From: an uncultured Planctomycetaceae bacterium
GTDB taxonomy: Bacteria; Planctomycetota; Phycisphaerae; SM23-33
Assembly: GCA_964428895.1 (NCBI GenBank)
Contig: CAYRZU010000005.1
Location: 1,798 to 65,797, forward strand
Direction of reading: 5' to 3'
Length of the DNA: 64,000 nt
The position numbers and the translations under genes are program-made. Every line of letters begins with the position of its first letter. Within the stretch, counting starts at the first letter, position 1. The notes beneath the pieces were generated by a model. That model was not told where the DNA came from, ran no database searches, and saw nothing but the letters and a program-made list of their open reading frames with translations. This document shows positions 8,442-18,398 of the stretch, piece by piece.

Positions 8442-9629
8442 TCAGTGTGCTTGGGTCAACAACATCTCCATCAGTTCGCCGGGCCCTAACGTCAGGCCGG
8501 TGGCGGCGCAGGCGACCTCATCGAAGCTCGCCGGGCCGTTGGATTCGATATCGCTACCGGCCAGGACGAACGGCACGGCATCGCGGGTGTGTGTCTTGAG
8601 GGCGCAGGGGGTTGGGTGGTCGGGCAAGATAGCCACCCGCCAGCCGCTCGGCTCGGCGCGGAGTCGTTCGATGATCGGCGCGACCACCAGGCGATCGATG
8701 TCGCCGATGGACTGGGTCTTCTCGGCGACTTGTCCGTTGTGGCCGCACTCGTCGGGGGCTTCGATGTGGACGATGACCATGTCGTGATTGTCCAGAGCAG
8801 CCACAGCCGCGGCGCCCTTGCCGACGTAGTCGGTGTCGATGTAGCCGGTGGCGCCGGGGACCTCGATGCGGTCCATGCCCGCTTGCGTGGCGATACCGCG
8901 GACCAAGTCGACAGCGGTGATGACCGCCGCGGTCTTACCGAACCGATCGGCGAATAGCGGTAGTTGGGGCATCTTGCCGTGCCCCCACAGCCAGATGCTG
9001 GTGGCGGTGTTCTTGCCGGCGGCGGCGCGCTCGGCGGTGATGGGCTGATCGGCGATGACGGCCTGACTCTTGGCGATCAGTTCGCATAACCGTTCGCTAC
9101 CGGCGCCGCTGGGCAAGTGCGGTTCGAACGGTTTACCGGTAATGTTGTGCGGCGGGGTCAGCTCGATGTCGAACTCGCCGCGGGTGATCATCAGATGTCG
9201 ATAGCCGACCCCGGTGCAAAAGTGAACGCCGTCGCCGGCGAGCTGTTCGTTGAGTGCGTCGATCAGCGGACGGGCCTCATCGGTGGTGATGTGGCTGGAG
9301 CAGTAGTCGACCATGTTGCCGTCGGCCAGGGCCACCAGGTTGCAGCGAAAGACCCATTCGTCGTCGGCAACGTCGAGGCCCTGGGCGGCCGCCTCCAGCG
9401 GGGCTCGGCCGGTGTAGCACTGCGTGACGTCGTAACCGACCAGAGACAGGATGGCGATATCACTGCCGGGGGAATAGCCGTCGGGCACATTGTAGACCAT
9501 GCCCGCCTGCCCGGCCTCGGCGAGGGAGTCGATCATGGGCTTCTCGGCCGCCTGCAGGGGCGTACGGCCGTCCAGTTCGGCCAGTGGCTGATCGGCGGCG
9601 CCATCGGTGATGATCACGGCGTACTTCAT
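8442..9629 (-). CDS. cofactor-independent phosphoglycerate-mutase-like protein (ApgM family; the 'proposed homoserine kinase' type)
   Basis: 395 aa. '[15 protein letters not shown]...' is the archaeal-type iPGM/metalloenzyme-superfamily N-terminus, with '[10 protein letters not shown]' as the metal site. It sits between hom (9-nt gap) and thrC (1-nt gap). Confidence 0.85.
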   Translation of the reverse strand: MKYAVIITDGAADQPLAELDGRTPLQAAEKPMIDSLAEAGQAGMVYNVPDGYSPGSDIAILSLVGYDVTQCYTGRAPLEAAAQGLDVADDEWVFRCNLVALADGNMVDYCSSHITTDEARPLIDALNEQLAGDGVHFCTGVGYRHLMITRGEFDIELTPPHNITGKPFEPHLPSGAGSERLCELIAKSQAVIADQPITAERAAAGKNTATSIWLWGHGKMPQLPLFADRFGKTAAVITAVDLVRGIATQAGMDRIEVPGATGYIDTDYVGKGAAAVAALDNHDMVIVHIEAPDECGHNGQVAEKTQSIGDIDRLVVAPIIERLRAEPSGWRVAILPDHPTPCALKTHTRDAVPFVLAGSDIESNGPASFDEVACAATGLTLGPGELMEMLLTQAH

Positions 9630-9638
9630 GAGAGGGCT

Positions 9639-10970
9639 CTATCGTTGCGTTTCGACGTGTTCCTCAACGATCCGCATCAGGAAGGTCGGGCGTTTGGTCA
9701 CCGGGAGGCCGTCGATTTCTGCCAGGGCGTTCTTGAGATTCCCTTCGGACGCTTCATAGGTCGTGATAATCAGGGGAACGTCCTGAGAGCCGGGGAGCGG
9801 CTCGTGCTGGAGCACACTGGAGATACTGATTTCGTGCTGGCCCAGAATGTCGGCGATCCGCCCGAGGACGCCGGGGGAGTCTTCGCAGGTCACGTGCAGG
9901 TAGTAACGGCTGCGCACATCGTCGATGGGAATGAGATTGGCCGGCTCGCAGCGGTCGGGCCAGATGCCAAGCTGATCGAAGCGTCGCTGGGCGTTTCCGC
10001 TGGCGACGTCAACGATGTCTGCCACGACAGCGGACGCGGTGGCCAACCCGCCGGCTCCACGACCGTAGTACATGGTATGGCCCACCGCGTGCCCGTAGAC
10101 GCAGACGGCGTTGAAGGGCCCGTCCACACCGGCCAGGGGATGGTCTTTGCGAATGAAGGCCGGATGCACGCGAAGGCTAATACCGTCGCCTTGGCGGATC
10201 GCGATGGCCAGCAGTTTGACGGCATAGCCGAGCTCCGTGCCGAAGCGAATGTCAGCCACGTCCAGCCCTTCAATGCCCTCGACCGTGATTTGACTCAGAT
10301 CGATTCGCTTGCCGAAGGTCAACGCCGCCAGAATCGCCAGCTTGTGGGCCGAGTCGCCGCCGCTGACGTCGAGTGTGGGATCCTGCTCGGCGAGTCCGGA
10401 TGCCTGGGCTTCGGCCAGGACGTCGTTGTAGTCGGCTCCTCGTTGGGTCATGTTCGAGAGGATGTAGTTGCACGTGCCGTTGACGATGCCGAACAAGGCG
10501 TCGACTTCGTTGGCGACCAATCCGTTCAGCAACGAGCCGATAACGGGCACGCCGCCGACACAACTGCCCTCAAAGCCGATGCAGACACCGTTGGCCCGGG
10601 CCAGCGCGAACAGCTCCGCCCCGTGTTTGGCCAGTAGCGCCTTGTTGGCGGTGACCACGCTCTTGCCCGCCTGCAGAGCCCTTTCCACGCATTCCTTGGC
10701 GAACCCGTCGCCGCCGACCAGTTCGATGACAATCTGTGTGTCTGGGTCGGCGAGCGCCTCGTCCAGGCTGTCGCGTCGGATCGAGGCGGACACGCCCGCG
10801 GCATCGGCGTCGGTGAAGTCTTCGTCCACCACGTGTCTCAGTTCCAGGCGAAGATGGGTGCGTTCCGCCAGCAGGTCTTTGTCGCGCAGCAAGAGAGTCG
10901 CAGCGGCGCTACCAACCGTTCCGCATCCAACCAGAGCCAGCCCGATTGTTTGGTGATTTGCCATGGTCAA
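9639..10970 (-). CDS. hom: homoserine dehydrogenase with C-terminal ACT domain
   Basis: 443 aa. NAD-binding 'LVGCGTVGS', catalytic-domain blocks 'VVTANKALLA' and 'FEGSVGGGVPVI'-like, and a C-terminal ACT-like region 'YYLHVTCEDSPGVLGRIADILG'. Confidence 0.95.
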   Translation of the reverse strand: MTMANHQTIGLALVGCGTVGSAAATLLLRDKDLLAERTHLRLELRHVVDEDFTDADAAGVSASIRRDSLDEALADPDTQIVIELVGGDGFAKECVERALQAGKSVVTANKALLAKHGAELFALARANGVCIGFEGSCVGGVPVIGSLLNGLVANEVDALFGIVNGTCNYILSNMTQRGADYNDVLAEAQASGLAEQDPTLDVSGGDSAHKLAILAALTFGKRIDLSQITVEGIEGLDVADIRFGTELGYAVKLLAIAIRQGDGISLRVHPAFIRKDHPLAGVDGPFNAVCVYGHAVGHTMYYGRGAGGLATASAVVADIVDVASGNAQRRFDQLGIWPDRCEPANLIPIDDVRSRYYLHVTCEDSPGVLGRIADILGQHEISISSVLQHEPLPGSQDVPLIITTYEASEGNLKNALAEIDGLPVTKRPTFLMRIVEEHVETQR

Positions 10971-11126
10971 AACCTAACCGCAGTTGTCTCTTAAGCTTCC
11001 GAGCAGGGCATTATACCGTCATCGGCCGATTGTGTCTCTCCCTGCTACCGGGCTTTTGATCTCATGTGTTTTATTGGCCGGACATTGCCGAAATGTTTAT
11101 GATGAAGTAGAGTGCCGTAGTTCTCA

Positions 11127-12188
11127 ATGAATGGATCTGCCATGAGACGACCGCTAAGCAGACGGGCCGGCCGCTTCGCATTTACGCTGACGGAGACGCT
11201 GATCGTCATGACCGTCTTGGGGCTCTTGGTGGCCATTGTCGTTCCCACCATTGGCCGCGTCGCGGCGTTGGGCCGCTCCGCTCTCTGCAAGGATCATCTC
11301 CGCCGAATCACCGAGGCGTATCTCGACCACAAGGTCGGCGAGCGAATGGACTACTCGGACGGAGTCTTCGCTGCGAATATATGGACCGCCCAGGTTATGC
11401 CCCTGCTGGGCTGGCAGGAAGATGTGCTTTTCTGCCCCGAGGACCCAGAGCCCTACTGGTCGCTCCCGGAGGTGGGACTGACGATCTATAGCTATGGGGG
11501 ACTCCTCTATCAGGTGCAGGCCTTCGATGCTCACCCCTACTGGCTGGAGCAACCGCTCAGCGATTTCGATCCCGGGGAAAGGCCCGGCATGTGGTGTGTG
11601 AACGATGATGTCTACAGTTCCATCAAAGACGGGGCCGTGGACCGCACCGACATGCCCCAATTCACGCCGGGCACGGACCCAAGGGTGACGTGGTGGATCA
11701 TTGAGGACCAACGTATTGGCAAGGACAACACCACCGCCGGCGGCGACGAAGACTTCAATGACCTGGACATCAAGCTGACAGACCTCGGCGGTGGGGTCTA
11801 CCAGGTGGCGGCGTTCCACGGCGACGCCGGCTACACCTTCGGGCTCGTCAGCCCCGACGGCGAAGAGACCCGAGAGAGCAACGGGACAATCGGCCCGCTG
11901 AATATGTTGGGCGAAGGTGGCAGCTATGGGGTCAATTGGCGCGCCACCAACTTCGTCGTGGGCACCCAGAAGATCCTGGCCATGGACTATGGCGATCTCA
12001 TTGTCTATGCAGGCGGGGACTTGCTCCCGGATCAGAACAACTGGGATGAGATGCTCGAAGCCCGGCACTTGGGGAGGGTCAATTACGCACTGACCAGCGG
12101 GGCCATTCTGTCGGCCAGGCCCGAAGACATCGACCCGGCCGACGCAGAAACTGACGAGAAGCTGTGGGATCCGCTGGGGGCGAACTAG
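11127..12188 (+). CDS. prepilin-type N-terminal cleavage/methylation domain protein (pseudopilin-like)
   Basis: 353 aa. 'RAGRFAFTLTETLIVMTVLGLLVAIVVP' is the class-III signal and hydrophobic helix. The C-terminal 'RHLGRVNYALTSGAI' resembles the H-X9-DG tail of the Planctomycetota DUF1559-type family. The start may be M6 (11142). Confidence 0.75.
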   Translation: MNGSAMRRPLSRRAGRFAFTLTETLIVMTVLGLLVAIVVPTIGRVAALGRSALCKDHLRRITEAYLDHKVGERMDYSDGVFAANIWTAQVMPLLGWQEDVLFCPEDPEPYWSLPEVGLTIYSYGGLLYQVQAFDAHPYWLEQPLSDFDPGERPGMWCVNDDVYSSIKDGAVDRTDMPQFTPGTDPRVTWWIIEDQRIGKDNTTAGGDEDFNDLDIKLTDLGGGVYQVAAFHGDAGYTFGLVSPDGEETRESNGTIGPLNMLGEGGSYGVNWRATNFVVGTQKILAMDYGDLIVYAGGDLLPDQNNWDEMLEARHLGRVNYALTSGAILSARPEDIDPADAETDEKLWDPLGAN

Positions 12189-12419
12189 CCCCGGCTGCTC
12201 CGCGAGGGGTTTGAGTTGCATTTGGGGGATGGGCTGGCTATAAACGCCCGGAAATCGACCGAACTTCTCGGACGATCGGTACGTAGCATTGCGCAGGAAC
12301 TTCTGCGCGCGCTGGCAGTTATCACTCCTGCTGCCGGCGCCCGCGAGCCCGGCGGACCCCGCGCCCTCGGCCTGACGTACGGCCCGCGCAGGCCCGGGCG
12401 ATTGCTGACGGAGCAACCG

Positions 12420-14393
12420 ATGGCGCACGATGTTCTTCACGACTCTCTGGAAAGACAAACCGGCCGGACCAGCACGCTGATCGTGGGCATTCTCTTGGGC
12501 GGCGTCCTGGTCCTCAGTTCCTACATTGCCGATATCCCGGCGATCCGTCAGGCGCTGTTCGCCGACAACCCGTTCTACAGCGATTTGCTGGCGCTACTGG
12601 GGGCGGTGATGCTCGGCGTGCCCATCATCATCCACGCGGCCAGGGAACTGTCCCACGGGCACATGCACATGGATGAACTGGTCGGCCTGGCCGTGATCGC
12701 CGCGATCGCGGGCGGCCGATACAAAGAGGCCGGACTGGTGGCGTTCTTCCTGCTGCTGTCTAACCTGATCGAACGGCGGACCGCCTTGGGGGCCCGGGCC
12801 AGCATCGAGGAACTGCTGAAGCTCTCGCCCAAGAAGGCCCATCGTGTGACCGATGCCGGCGACGAGGAAGAGGTCGATCCGCGCGATCTGCGGCCCGGCG
12901 ACGTCGTTCGGATTCGCCCGGGCGATGATATCCCCGCCGACGGGGACGTGATTTCCGGCAGTTCATCGGTCAACCAGGCGACCATTACGGGTGAGTCGCT
13001 GCCGGTGGACAAGGCCGTCGGCGACGAGGTCTTCAGCGGCACGAGCAACCTGGCCGGCACCATCGACGTGCGCGTGACCCGGGCCGGCGAGGACACCACC
13101 CTCGGACGTGTCCGCAAGCTCATCCTGGAGGCCGAGGGCACTCGCATACCCATCATGCGCTTGATTGACCGCTATGCCGGGTGGTATACGCCGACGATCC
13201 TGATGCTGGCCGGGGCGGTCCTGTTCTTCACACGCGACATGGATCGGATCATCGTGATGTTCGTGGTCGCCTGCCCCTGCGCGATTGTGCTGGCCGTCCC
13301 GACGGCCATGGTGGCGGCACTGTCGTGTGCGGCCCGGCTGGGCATCTTGGTCAAGGACGTCTCCAACATCGAACAGGCCAGGAACCTCACCAGCTTTGTC
13401 TTCGACAAGACCGGCACGCTGACCACCGGGGAACTGTCGGTGACGCGGATGATGCCCGCCCCCGGCGTCGATGGGGCCGACCTGCTGGCTGCGGCGGCCT
13501 CGGCCGAGCACCGATCCCGCCACCCCATCGCCCAAGCGGTGGTGGCAGTCGCCGACAAGGCCAAGGTCACGCTGTCAGACCCGACGGACTTCGAGGAAGT
13601 GCCCGGCCGGGGCGTTCGGGCGACCGTTGATGGCGTTGAGGTTCTGGTCGGCCGATCGACCTGGGTGGCCGAGCAGGGGGTGAGTTTGGATCCGATGAAG
13701 GACCCCAAGTACGCCGAGCCGGAAGGCCTAAGCACGCTGCACGTGGTCCGGGCGGGCAAGTTGCTGGGCTGGATTGGCCTGGAGGACCGTACGCGGCCCG
13801 AGGCCCGAGAAGCCATCGGCGAACTGCGGTCGCTGGGCATCAGTGAATTGGTGATGGTCACCGGGGACCGGCGCAGCGTGGCCCACCGGGTTGCTCGAGA
13901 GATGGGTTGTTCGGAAGTCCAAGCCGAAGCCCTGCCGGCCGACAAGCTGGAACTGGTTGGCGCGTTGCGAGAGCAGGGGCATCAGGTGGCCGTCGTCGGC
14001 GACGGGGTCAATGATGCGCCCGCCCTGGCCGCCGGGGACTTGTCGATCGCCATGGGCGCCGCCGGCAGCGATGTGGCCATCAACTCCGCCACCATCGTCC
14101 TGATGAACAACGACCTCGGCCGTTTGTCGTTCCTGATCCGCCTTAGCCGCCGAACGATCAGCGTGGTCCACCAGAACTTGTTGTTCGGGTTAGGCATGAT
14201 CGTGGTGTTCCTGATCCTGGCGGGCCTGGGCGTGCTCAGTCCCGTCGCCGGCGCGTTGCTGCACCTGCTGGCGGCCACCTTCGTGATCTTCAACAGTGCC
14301 AGACTGGTCCGATTCGGCGAAGAACTGCACACGCCCGCGGCTTCGGAGGCGCCATCGCTTCCGGCCGGGGTGGAAGTGGTCGCCGCGAGTTAG
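12420..14393 (+). CDS. heavy-metal translocating P1B-type ATPase (no N-terminal metal-binding domain)
   Basis: 'ACPCAIVLAVP' (CPC) in the transmembrane helix, 'DKTGTLT' phosphorylation site, 'SRHPIAQAV' (HP), 'GDGVNDAPAL'. I start it at M69 of the track ORF (ATG 12420), because the preceding 68 codons are Arg/Gly/Pro-rich with no HMA (CxxC) motif. Confidence 0.9.
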   Translation: MAHDVLHDSLERQTGRTSTLIVGILLGGVLVLSSYIADIPAIRQALFADNPFYSDLLALLGAVMLGVPIIIHAARELSHGHMHMDELVGLAVIAAIAGGRYKEAGLVAFFLLLSNLIERRTALGARASIEELLKLSPKKAHRVTDAGDEEEVDPRDLRPGDVVRIRPGDDIPADGDVISGSSSVNQATITGESLPVDKAVGDEVFSGTSNLAGTIDVRVTRAGEDTTLGRVRKLILEAEGTRIPIMRLIDRYAGWYTPTILMLAGAVLFFTRDMDRIIVMFVVACPCAIVLAVPTAMVAALSCAARLGILVKDVSNIEQARNLTSFVFDKTGTLTTGELSVTRMMPAPGVDGADLLAAAASAEHRSRHPIAQAVVAVADKAKVTLSDPTDFEEVPGRGVRATVDGVEVLVGRSTWVAEQGVSLDPMKDPKYAEPEGLSTLHVVRAGKLLGWIGLEDRTRPEAREAIGELRSLGISELVMVTGDRRSVAHRVAREMGCSEVQAEALPADKLELVGALREQGHQVAVVGDGVNDAPALAAGDLSIAMGAAGSDVAINSATIVLMNNDLGRLSFLIRLSRRTISVVHQNLLFGLGMIVVFLILAGLGVLSPVAGALLHLLAATFVIFNSARLVRFGEELHTPAASEAPSLPAGVEVVAAS

Positions 14394-14411
14394 CCGACCC
14401 CGCCCGGCCCG

Positions 14412-15809
14412 CTAGCCGGTGCGGCGAGACATACGGAAATGCCGACGCGTACGTGGCAAAACACAGACCGCAACCATCGCAGCGCCAACCAAGGCGATGA
14501 TGGACAATGCTGTGTCCTGCTTGGCCTGAGGCGACCACGGCCAGGCCTCGGGAATCAGCAGCGCCACCCCGGCAGCGGCAACCCCCAATGCCGTTGCCCC
14601 CAGCACCAGCCAGTAGCTCCAGGCACTGCCGCGAGCGAAGAAACCCCACAACAGCCACATCAACACACCCCCGGCCAGCAGTCCGCCGGCGGCCACAAAG
14701 CCGCCCGCGGTTTGCAGGCGCGACCAGCCCGGGATAATCAGCCCGGCCAGCAGGCAGGCGACGGCCACAGCCCGGCCAGCCCAGGCCAGCGCCCCAACCG
14801 GGGCCGGCACGGCGCTGGAGGTGTGTTGGCCTTCAAGTTGACGCGTTTGGAACAGGGCGCTGCCGATAGCCAGGGCCGCCACGATAAAGCACGCCCCATA
14901 GGCGATGCTGAGAACCACAAACGAAGCCGGCACGGGTCGCCCCAACGTCAGGGCGTCCATCAGCATGAAGTACTGAATGTCAGGCGTGATCCACGCCAAG
15001 GCCTGGAGGACCAGGTTGTCTTGGGCCCAGGAAAACAGCAGCGGGTGGTAGGCCCCCAGCAGGGCAACGGTAATGCAGACCAACAGCGTGGCCACCTGCC
15101 CCAGACGTGTGCTGGCCGCAACGGCGACCGACGTGAAGAACAGCACCCCCACGTAGATCAGCAACAGGCCGAGCAGAACATCCACGCCGATCCCCTGGCC
15201 GACCGGTACGAGCGTCCAGCCCTTGCCGACCAGGACGATGGCGCCCATGGCCAGCGACAGGCAGATCACGCTCGTCCAGGTGACCGAGGACGTGAAGGTC
15301 CATCCGAACGAGAAGTTGCCCACCAGCGCGATCAGGAACGCCCCCGCCAGCGCCGAACACCCGATGACGATCACGGGCCAATCGATCGGATCGCTGGCGG
15401 CCGGGATCACGCCGTGTCGGACCGTCATCAGGAACACCAACGAACACACGTAGAAAGCGACCGTGACGGCCGCAGCCACGCCCAGGTACTTGCCGATAAC
15501 GAAGGTCGCGCGACCGACCGGTTTGGCGATCACCGTCAGGGCCGTGCCGTCGTCGATTTCTCGCGACAACACGCTGGAAGCGCCGAACGCGGCGACCAGC
15601 AACCCCATGGCCAGCATGGTCGAGAGCCCCACGTTGTTCATCAGCCGCTGGTCGCTGTCCTTGTGCTCCCCGGTGGGGCTCATGGTCCAGCCGCTGAGGG
15701 GAACGGCCAGCACCAGCAGGATGAACGTCAGCAGGACCAGCACGCTGAAGACCGGCTGGCGAACGGTCTGAAGGAATGTGTTTCGGGCAATGGCCAAGAG
15801 TTTTGTCAT
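14412..15809 (-). CDS. ABC-2 type transporter permease (NosY/GldF-like), extended C-terminus
   Basis: Start chosen at 'MTKLLAIARNTFLQTVRQPVF' (ATG 15809). Block 'DDGTALTVIAKPVGRATFVIGKYLG' is typical of the ABC-2 membrane family. About 10 or more hydrophobic segments. Paralog of 21881-23557. Confidence 0.75.
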   Translation of the reverse strand: MTKLLAIARNTFLQTVRQPVFSVLVLLTFILLVLAVPLSGWTMSPTGEHKDSDQRLMNNVGLSTMLAMGLLVAAFGASSVLSREIDDGTALTVIAKPVGRATFVIGKYLGVAAAVTVAFYVCSLVFLMTVRHGVIPAASDPIDWPVIVIGCSALAGAFLIALVGNFSFGWTFTSSVTWTSVICLSLAMGAIVLVGKGWTLVPVGQGIGVDVLLGLLLIYVGVLFFTSVAVAASTRLGQVATLLVCITVALLGAYHPLLFSWAQDNLVLQALAWITPDIQYFMLMDALTLGRPVPASFVVLSIAYGACFIVAALAIGSALFQTRQLEGQHTSSAVPAPVGALAWAGRAVAVACLLAGLIIPGWSRLQTAGGFVAAGGLLAGGVLMWLLWGFFARGSAWSYWLVLGATALGVAAAGVALLIPEAWPWSPQAKQDTALSIIALVGAAMVAVCVLPRTRRHFRMSRRTG

Positions 15810-15908
15810 GGTCGGCAACCTCGTCGAGGGATTGTAGCGCACGGCCGTGGACGCTGGCAAGGAAGCCCTGCGTAATGATCATACGAGTTTCGAAGGCGGT
15901 TAGACGGT

Positions 15909-18329
15909 ATGCATGAACAAGCGCGTGGCAAACGAATAGCCCTCCTGGGCGCCGCACTGCAGTTGATCATTGCGGTGGTCCTGCTGATTACGGCGCTGTG
16001 GACCGGGTCGCCGGCAACGCTGTGCTGCGCGTTGTTGGTGGCCGGCGGCGTGCTGCTGTGGCTGATGACGGCCATTCTGTTCTATTGTCATCAACTCCAG
16101 CAACGTGAACTGGCGGAGCTGGACGACCTGGCCCGACAGGAAGCGGCCGCCGGGACGATCTTCGAAGGCGACCACCTCGACGCGCATCGACAGGCTGAGG
16201 CCCGGGTGGCCTTTGTTTACCGATGGGTCACGCCGGCCTTCACCTTGCTGTGGGCGGCGTTAAACGCGGCGGTGGGGTTCTGGCTGTTGCAATGGGTCCG
16301 GGGGAATGATCCGGCCCTGGCGACCGATGCAGGCCCGGCGCTGCTGTTCGTGGTGCTGGTCGGGTTCGTGGGGTTCCTGTTTAGCGCTTACACCCTCGGC
16401 ATGAGTCGTCAGCAGATCTGGCGGCCCTTGCGAGCGCCGTCGGGCTTCATGTTGCTGGGGACACTGGCGACGTTGGCGGTGGTGGTGTCGTTGGCGGCGG
16501 TGGCATGGAAGAATAGCGGCGGCGTGGACCGCGTGGTCTCGTTCATCCTGCCTCTTATTCAATGGGTGTTGGCGGCGGAGTTGCTGATTGGGTTTGTGCT
16601 GAGCCTGTATCGGCCGCGCATGCCCGGCGGCGAGGACTGGCTGCCCTACGATTCTCGCGTGTTGGCCTTTGTGGCCAACCCCCAACGGATCGGCCGAGCC
16701 ATTGCCGATACCCTCAACTACCAGTTCGGGTTCGAAGTATCTCGGACGTGGTTCTCTCAGCTTCTGGCCAAGTCGCTGGCGCCGCTGTTGGTGATCGGCG
16801 CCGTGGCAATGGTGCTGATCAGCTCGATTGTAATTGTGGACCAGGGCGAGGTCGCCGTGGTGACCCACTGGGGTGAGGTCGACACTTCCGCCGAGCCGCT
16901 CGGGCCGGGCCTTCACATGAAATGGCCCTGGCCGATCGACCGGGCTCGGCACTTCGACACGCGCGTGCGGCAGTTGACGCTTGGCGTGGGTGGGCATCGT
17001 GAACATCGGCCGGACGTGGTTCAAGGCGGCACCTTCAAAGGGCGTGAGTTCGCTCTCTGGACCGAAGAGCACGGCGAGCACGCCGAGAGGGACTTCCTGG
17101 TGGCGGTTCCGCGGCGCGGTCACTCCGGTGACGATAAGGCCGATGACAAGACCGGGGTCGCACCGTCGGCCGAAACGCACGTCGAGGCTGCTCCGGGCGA
17201 TACGGCTGCGGCGGATGAAGGCGCGGAAACCGTCGAGGGCAAAGTCCCTGCCGTCAATGTCATTCGTCTGGTCGGCGCGGTCCAGTACCGCGTCGTCGAT
17301 CCCTATCGATTCGGCTACGTTTACGAAGACCCCGAGGAACTACTCAGCGAGATCGCTCATCGGGAGTTGATCGGCTACTGCTCCAGCGCCACGCTCTTGG
17401 AGGCCGGCGCCGAACCGACCGATCGGCCCGAGGCCATCATGGCCGATGGGCGTGAGGAAATGGTCCGGCGACTGGAGGATCGCATCCGCCAGGCCGTCAC
17501 GGGCGGGCAGGTCGATCTGGGCGTGGAAATCGTGGCGGTGACCTTCCGCTCGGTTCATCCGGCCACGGAAGCGGCCGAGGCGTTCGAAGAAGTGCTCAGC
17601 GCCCGACTGGGCCAAGAGGTCCAGTACTACCGGGCGATGTCGCAAGCCAACCAGTACTACGTCAACATTGCCGACGATCCGGCCGTAGCGAGAAAGCTGG
17701 CGGCCGCTCTGAAACAGGCCAAGGCGCTGGCGTGGCTGGCCAACATGGAGCGGCAGGGGGCCGATGTGGCTGCCGGTGTCGCCAGGCCGCTGGATGCGTT
17801 GGATAAGGACATCCAAGACCTGGACGAGACGCTGCGCCGGGAGAGCATTCTGGGCAAGCTCCGCGGCGGGCAGACAACCGTGGCCGTGGACGTCCGCCGG
17901 ATCCTGTTGGCCCATCGCGAGCAGTTGGAACGAATCCGAGACGACGCCCAAGCCGGCCGACCGCTGGACCTGCCCGCCAAGATCGTCCGGGCCAGGCAGG
18001 AGGTGGAATCGCTCTTCGAAAGGGCCACCGGCGAACCGGCCAAAATCGTCGACAAGGCCTGGGCCGACCGCTGGAAATTGGAATTGGGCGAGCGAGGCCG
18101 AGCCAATGCGTTCGCTGCACAAGTGGCGGCGGACCAGGCGGCCCCGGACGTCTACCGACACGATCTGTACTTGGACGTCTGGGACGAGGTCCTGCCGTCG
18201 GCGCCCAAGTATGTCATTGGCGTGGACCCGAATCGGATCGAGCCCCGGCTGAATCTCGAGAAGGGACAGACCTTCTACGACCAGGTGGACTTCCGCCAGG
18301 CGACCAAGGGTGACGAGTCGGACGAATAA
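15909..18329 (+). CDS. large SPFH/band-7 (HflK-like) membrane protein with polytopic N-terminal domain
   Basis: 806 aa. About six N-terminal TM helices, an anchor helix 'LAPLLVIGAVAMVLISSIVIV', an SPFH core 'VDQGEVAVVTHWG...PGLHMKWPWPIDR' interrupted by an acidic low-complexity insert ('SGDDKADDKTG...AAADEGAETVEG'), then a long helical tail. Confidence 0.8.
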   Translation: MHEQARGKRIALLGAALQLIIAVVLLITALWTGSPATLCCALLVAGGVLLWLMTAILFYCHQLQQRELAELDDLARQEAAAGTIFEGDHLDAHRQAEARVAFVYRWVTPAFTLLWAALNAAVGFWLLQWVRGNDPALATDAGPALLFVVLVGFVGFLFSAYTLGMSRQQIWRPLRAPSGFMLLGTLATLAVVVSLAAVAWKNSGGVDRVVSFILPLIQWVLAAELLIGFVLSLYRPRMPGGEDWLPYDSRVLAFVANPQRIGRAIADTLNYQFGFEVSRTWFSQLLAKSLAPLLVIGAVAMVLISSIVIVDQGEVAVVTHWGEVDTSAEPLGPGLHMKWPWPIDRARHFDTRVRQLTLGVGGHREHRPDVVQGGTFKGREFALWTEEHGEHAERDFLVAVPRRGHSGDDKADDKTGVAPSAETHVEAAPGDTAAADEGAETVEGKVPAVNVIRLVGAVQYRVVDPYRFGYVYEDPEELLSEIAHRELIGYCSSATLLEAGAEPTDRPEAIMADGREEMVRRLEDRIRQAVTGGQVDLGVEIVAVTFRSVHPATEAAEAFEEVLSARLGQEVQYYRAMSQANQYYVNIADDPAVARKLAAALKQAKALAWLANMERQGADVAAGVARPLDALDKDIQDLDETLRRESILGKLRGGQTTVAVDVRRILLAHREQLERIRDDAQAGRPLDLPAKIVRARQEVESLFERATGEPAKIVDKAWADRWKLELGERGRANAFAAQVAADQAAPDVYRHDLYLDVWDEVLPSAPKYVIGVDPNRIEPRLNLEKGQTFYDQVDFRQATKGDESDE

Positions 18330-18398
18330 GAAGCTTCATAGGGAACGAAAACGCCGTGCAAGAGTGCTCGGCGATGTGCTGAAGAAGGAAACGGTGCG

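Noticed and set aside
9117-10637. 506-aa + strand ORF spanning the apgM-like / hom junction
   Set aside because: It crosses two well-supported minus-strand genes and their intergenic gap, and has no recognisable domain. Antisense artefact.
12216-12419. 68-codon N-terminal extension of the P-type ATPase in the ORF track
   Set aside because: It has no HMA/CxxC metal-binding motif and an Arg/Gly/Pro-rich composition. The ATPase fold begins after M69. I treat it as a 5' leader.
11154-12458. 434-aa minus-strand ORF opposite the pseudopilin-like gene
   Set aside because: The + strand product has an unmistakable prepilin N-methylation signal. The minus-strand translation has no motif and runs across the intergenic region into the ATPase leader.
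15840-15849. 10-bp perfect palindrome CACGGCCGTG in the divergent control region of the SPFH/ABC cluster
   Set aside because: Perfect 10-mers of this kind are expected dozens of times by chance in 64 kb of GC-rich DNA. It has no second copy or promoter context.
14439-15875. 478-aa + strand ORF opposite the ABC-2 permease
   Set aside because: Its composition (Arg/Gln/Gly/His/Asp/Pro-rich, no hydrophobic core) is not protein-like. The minus strand encodes a coherent polytopic membrane protein.
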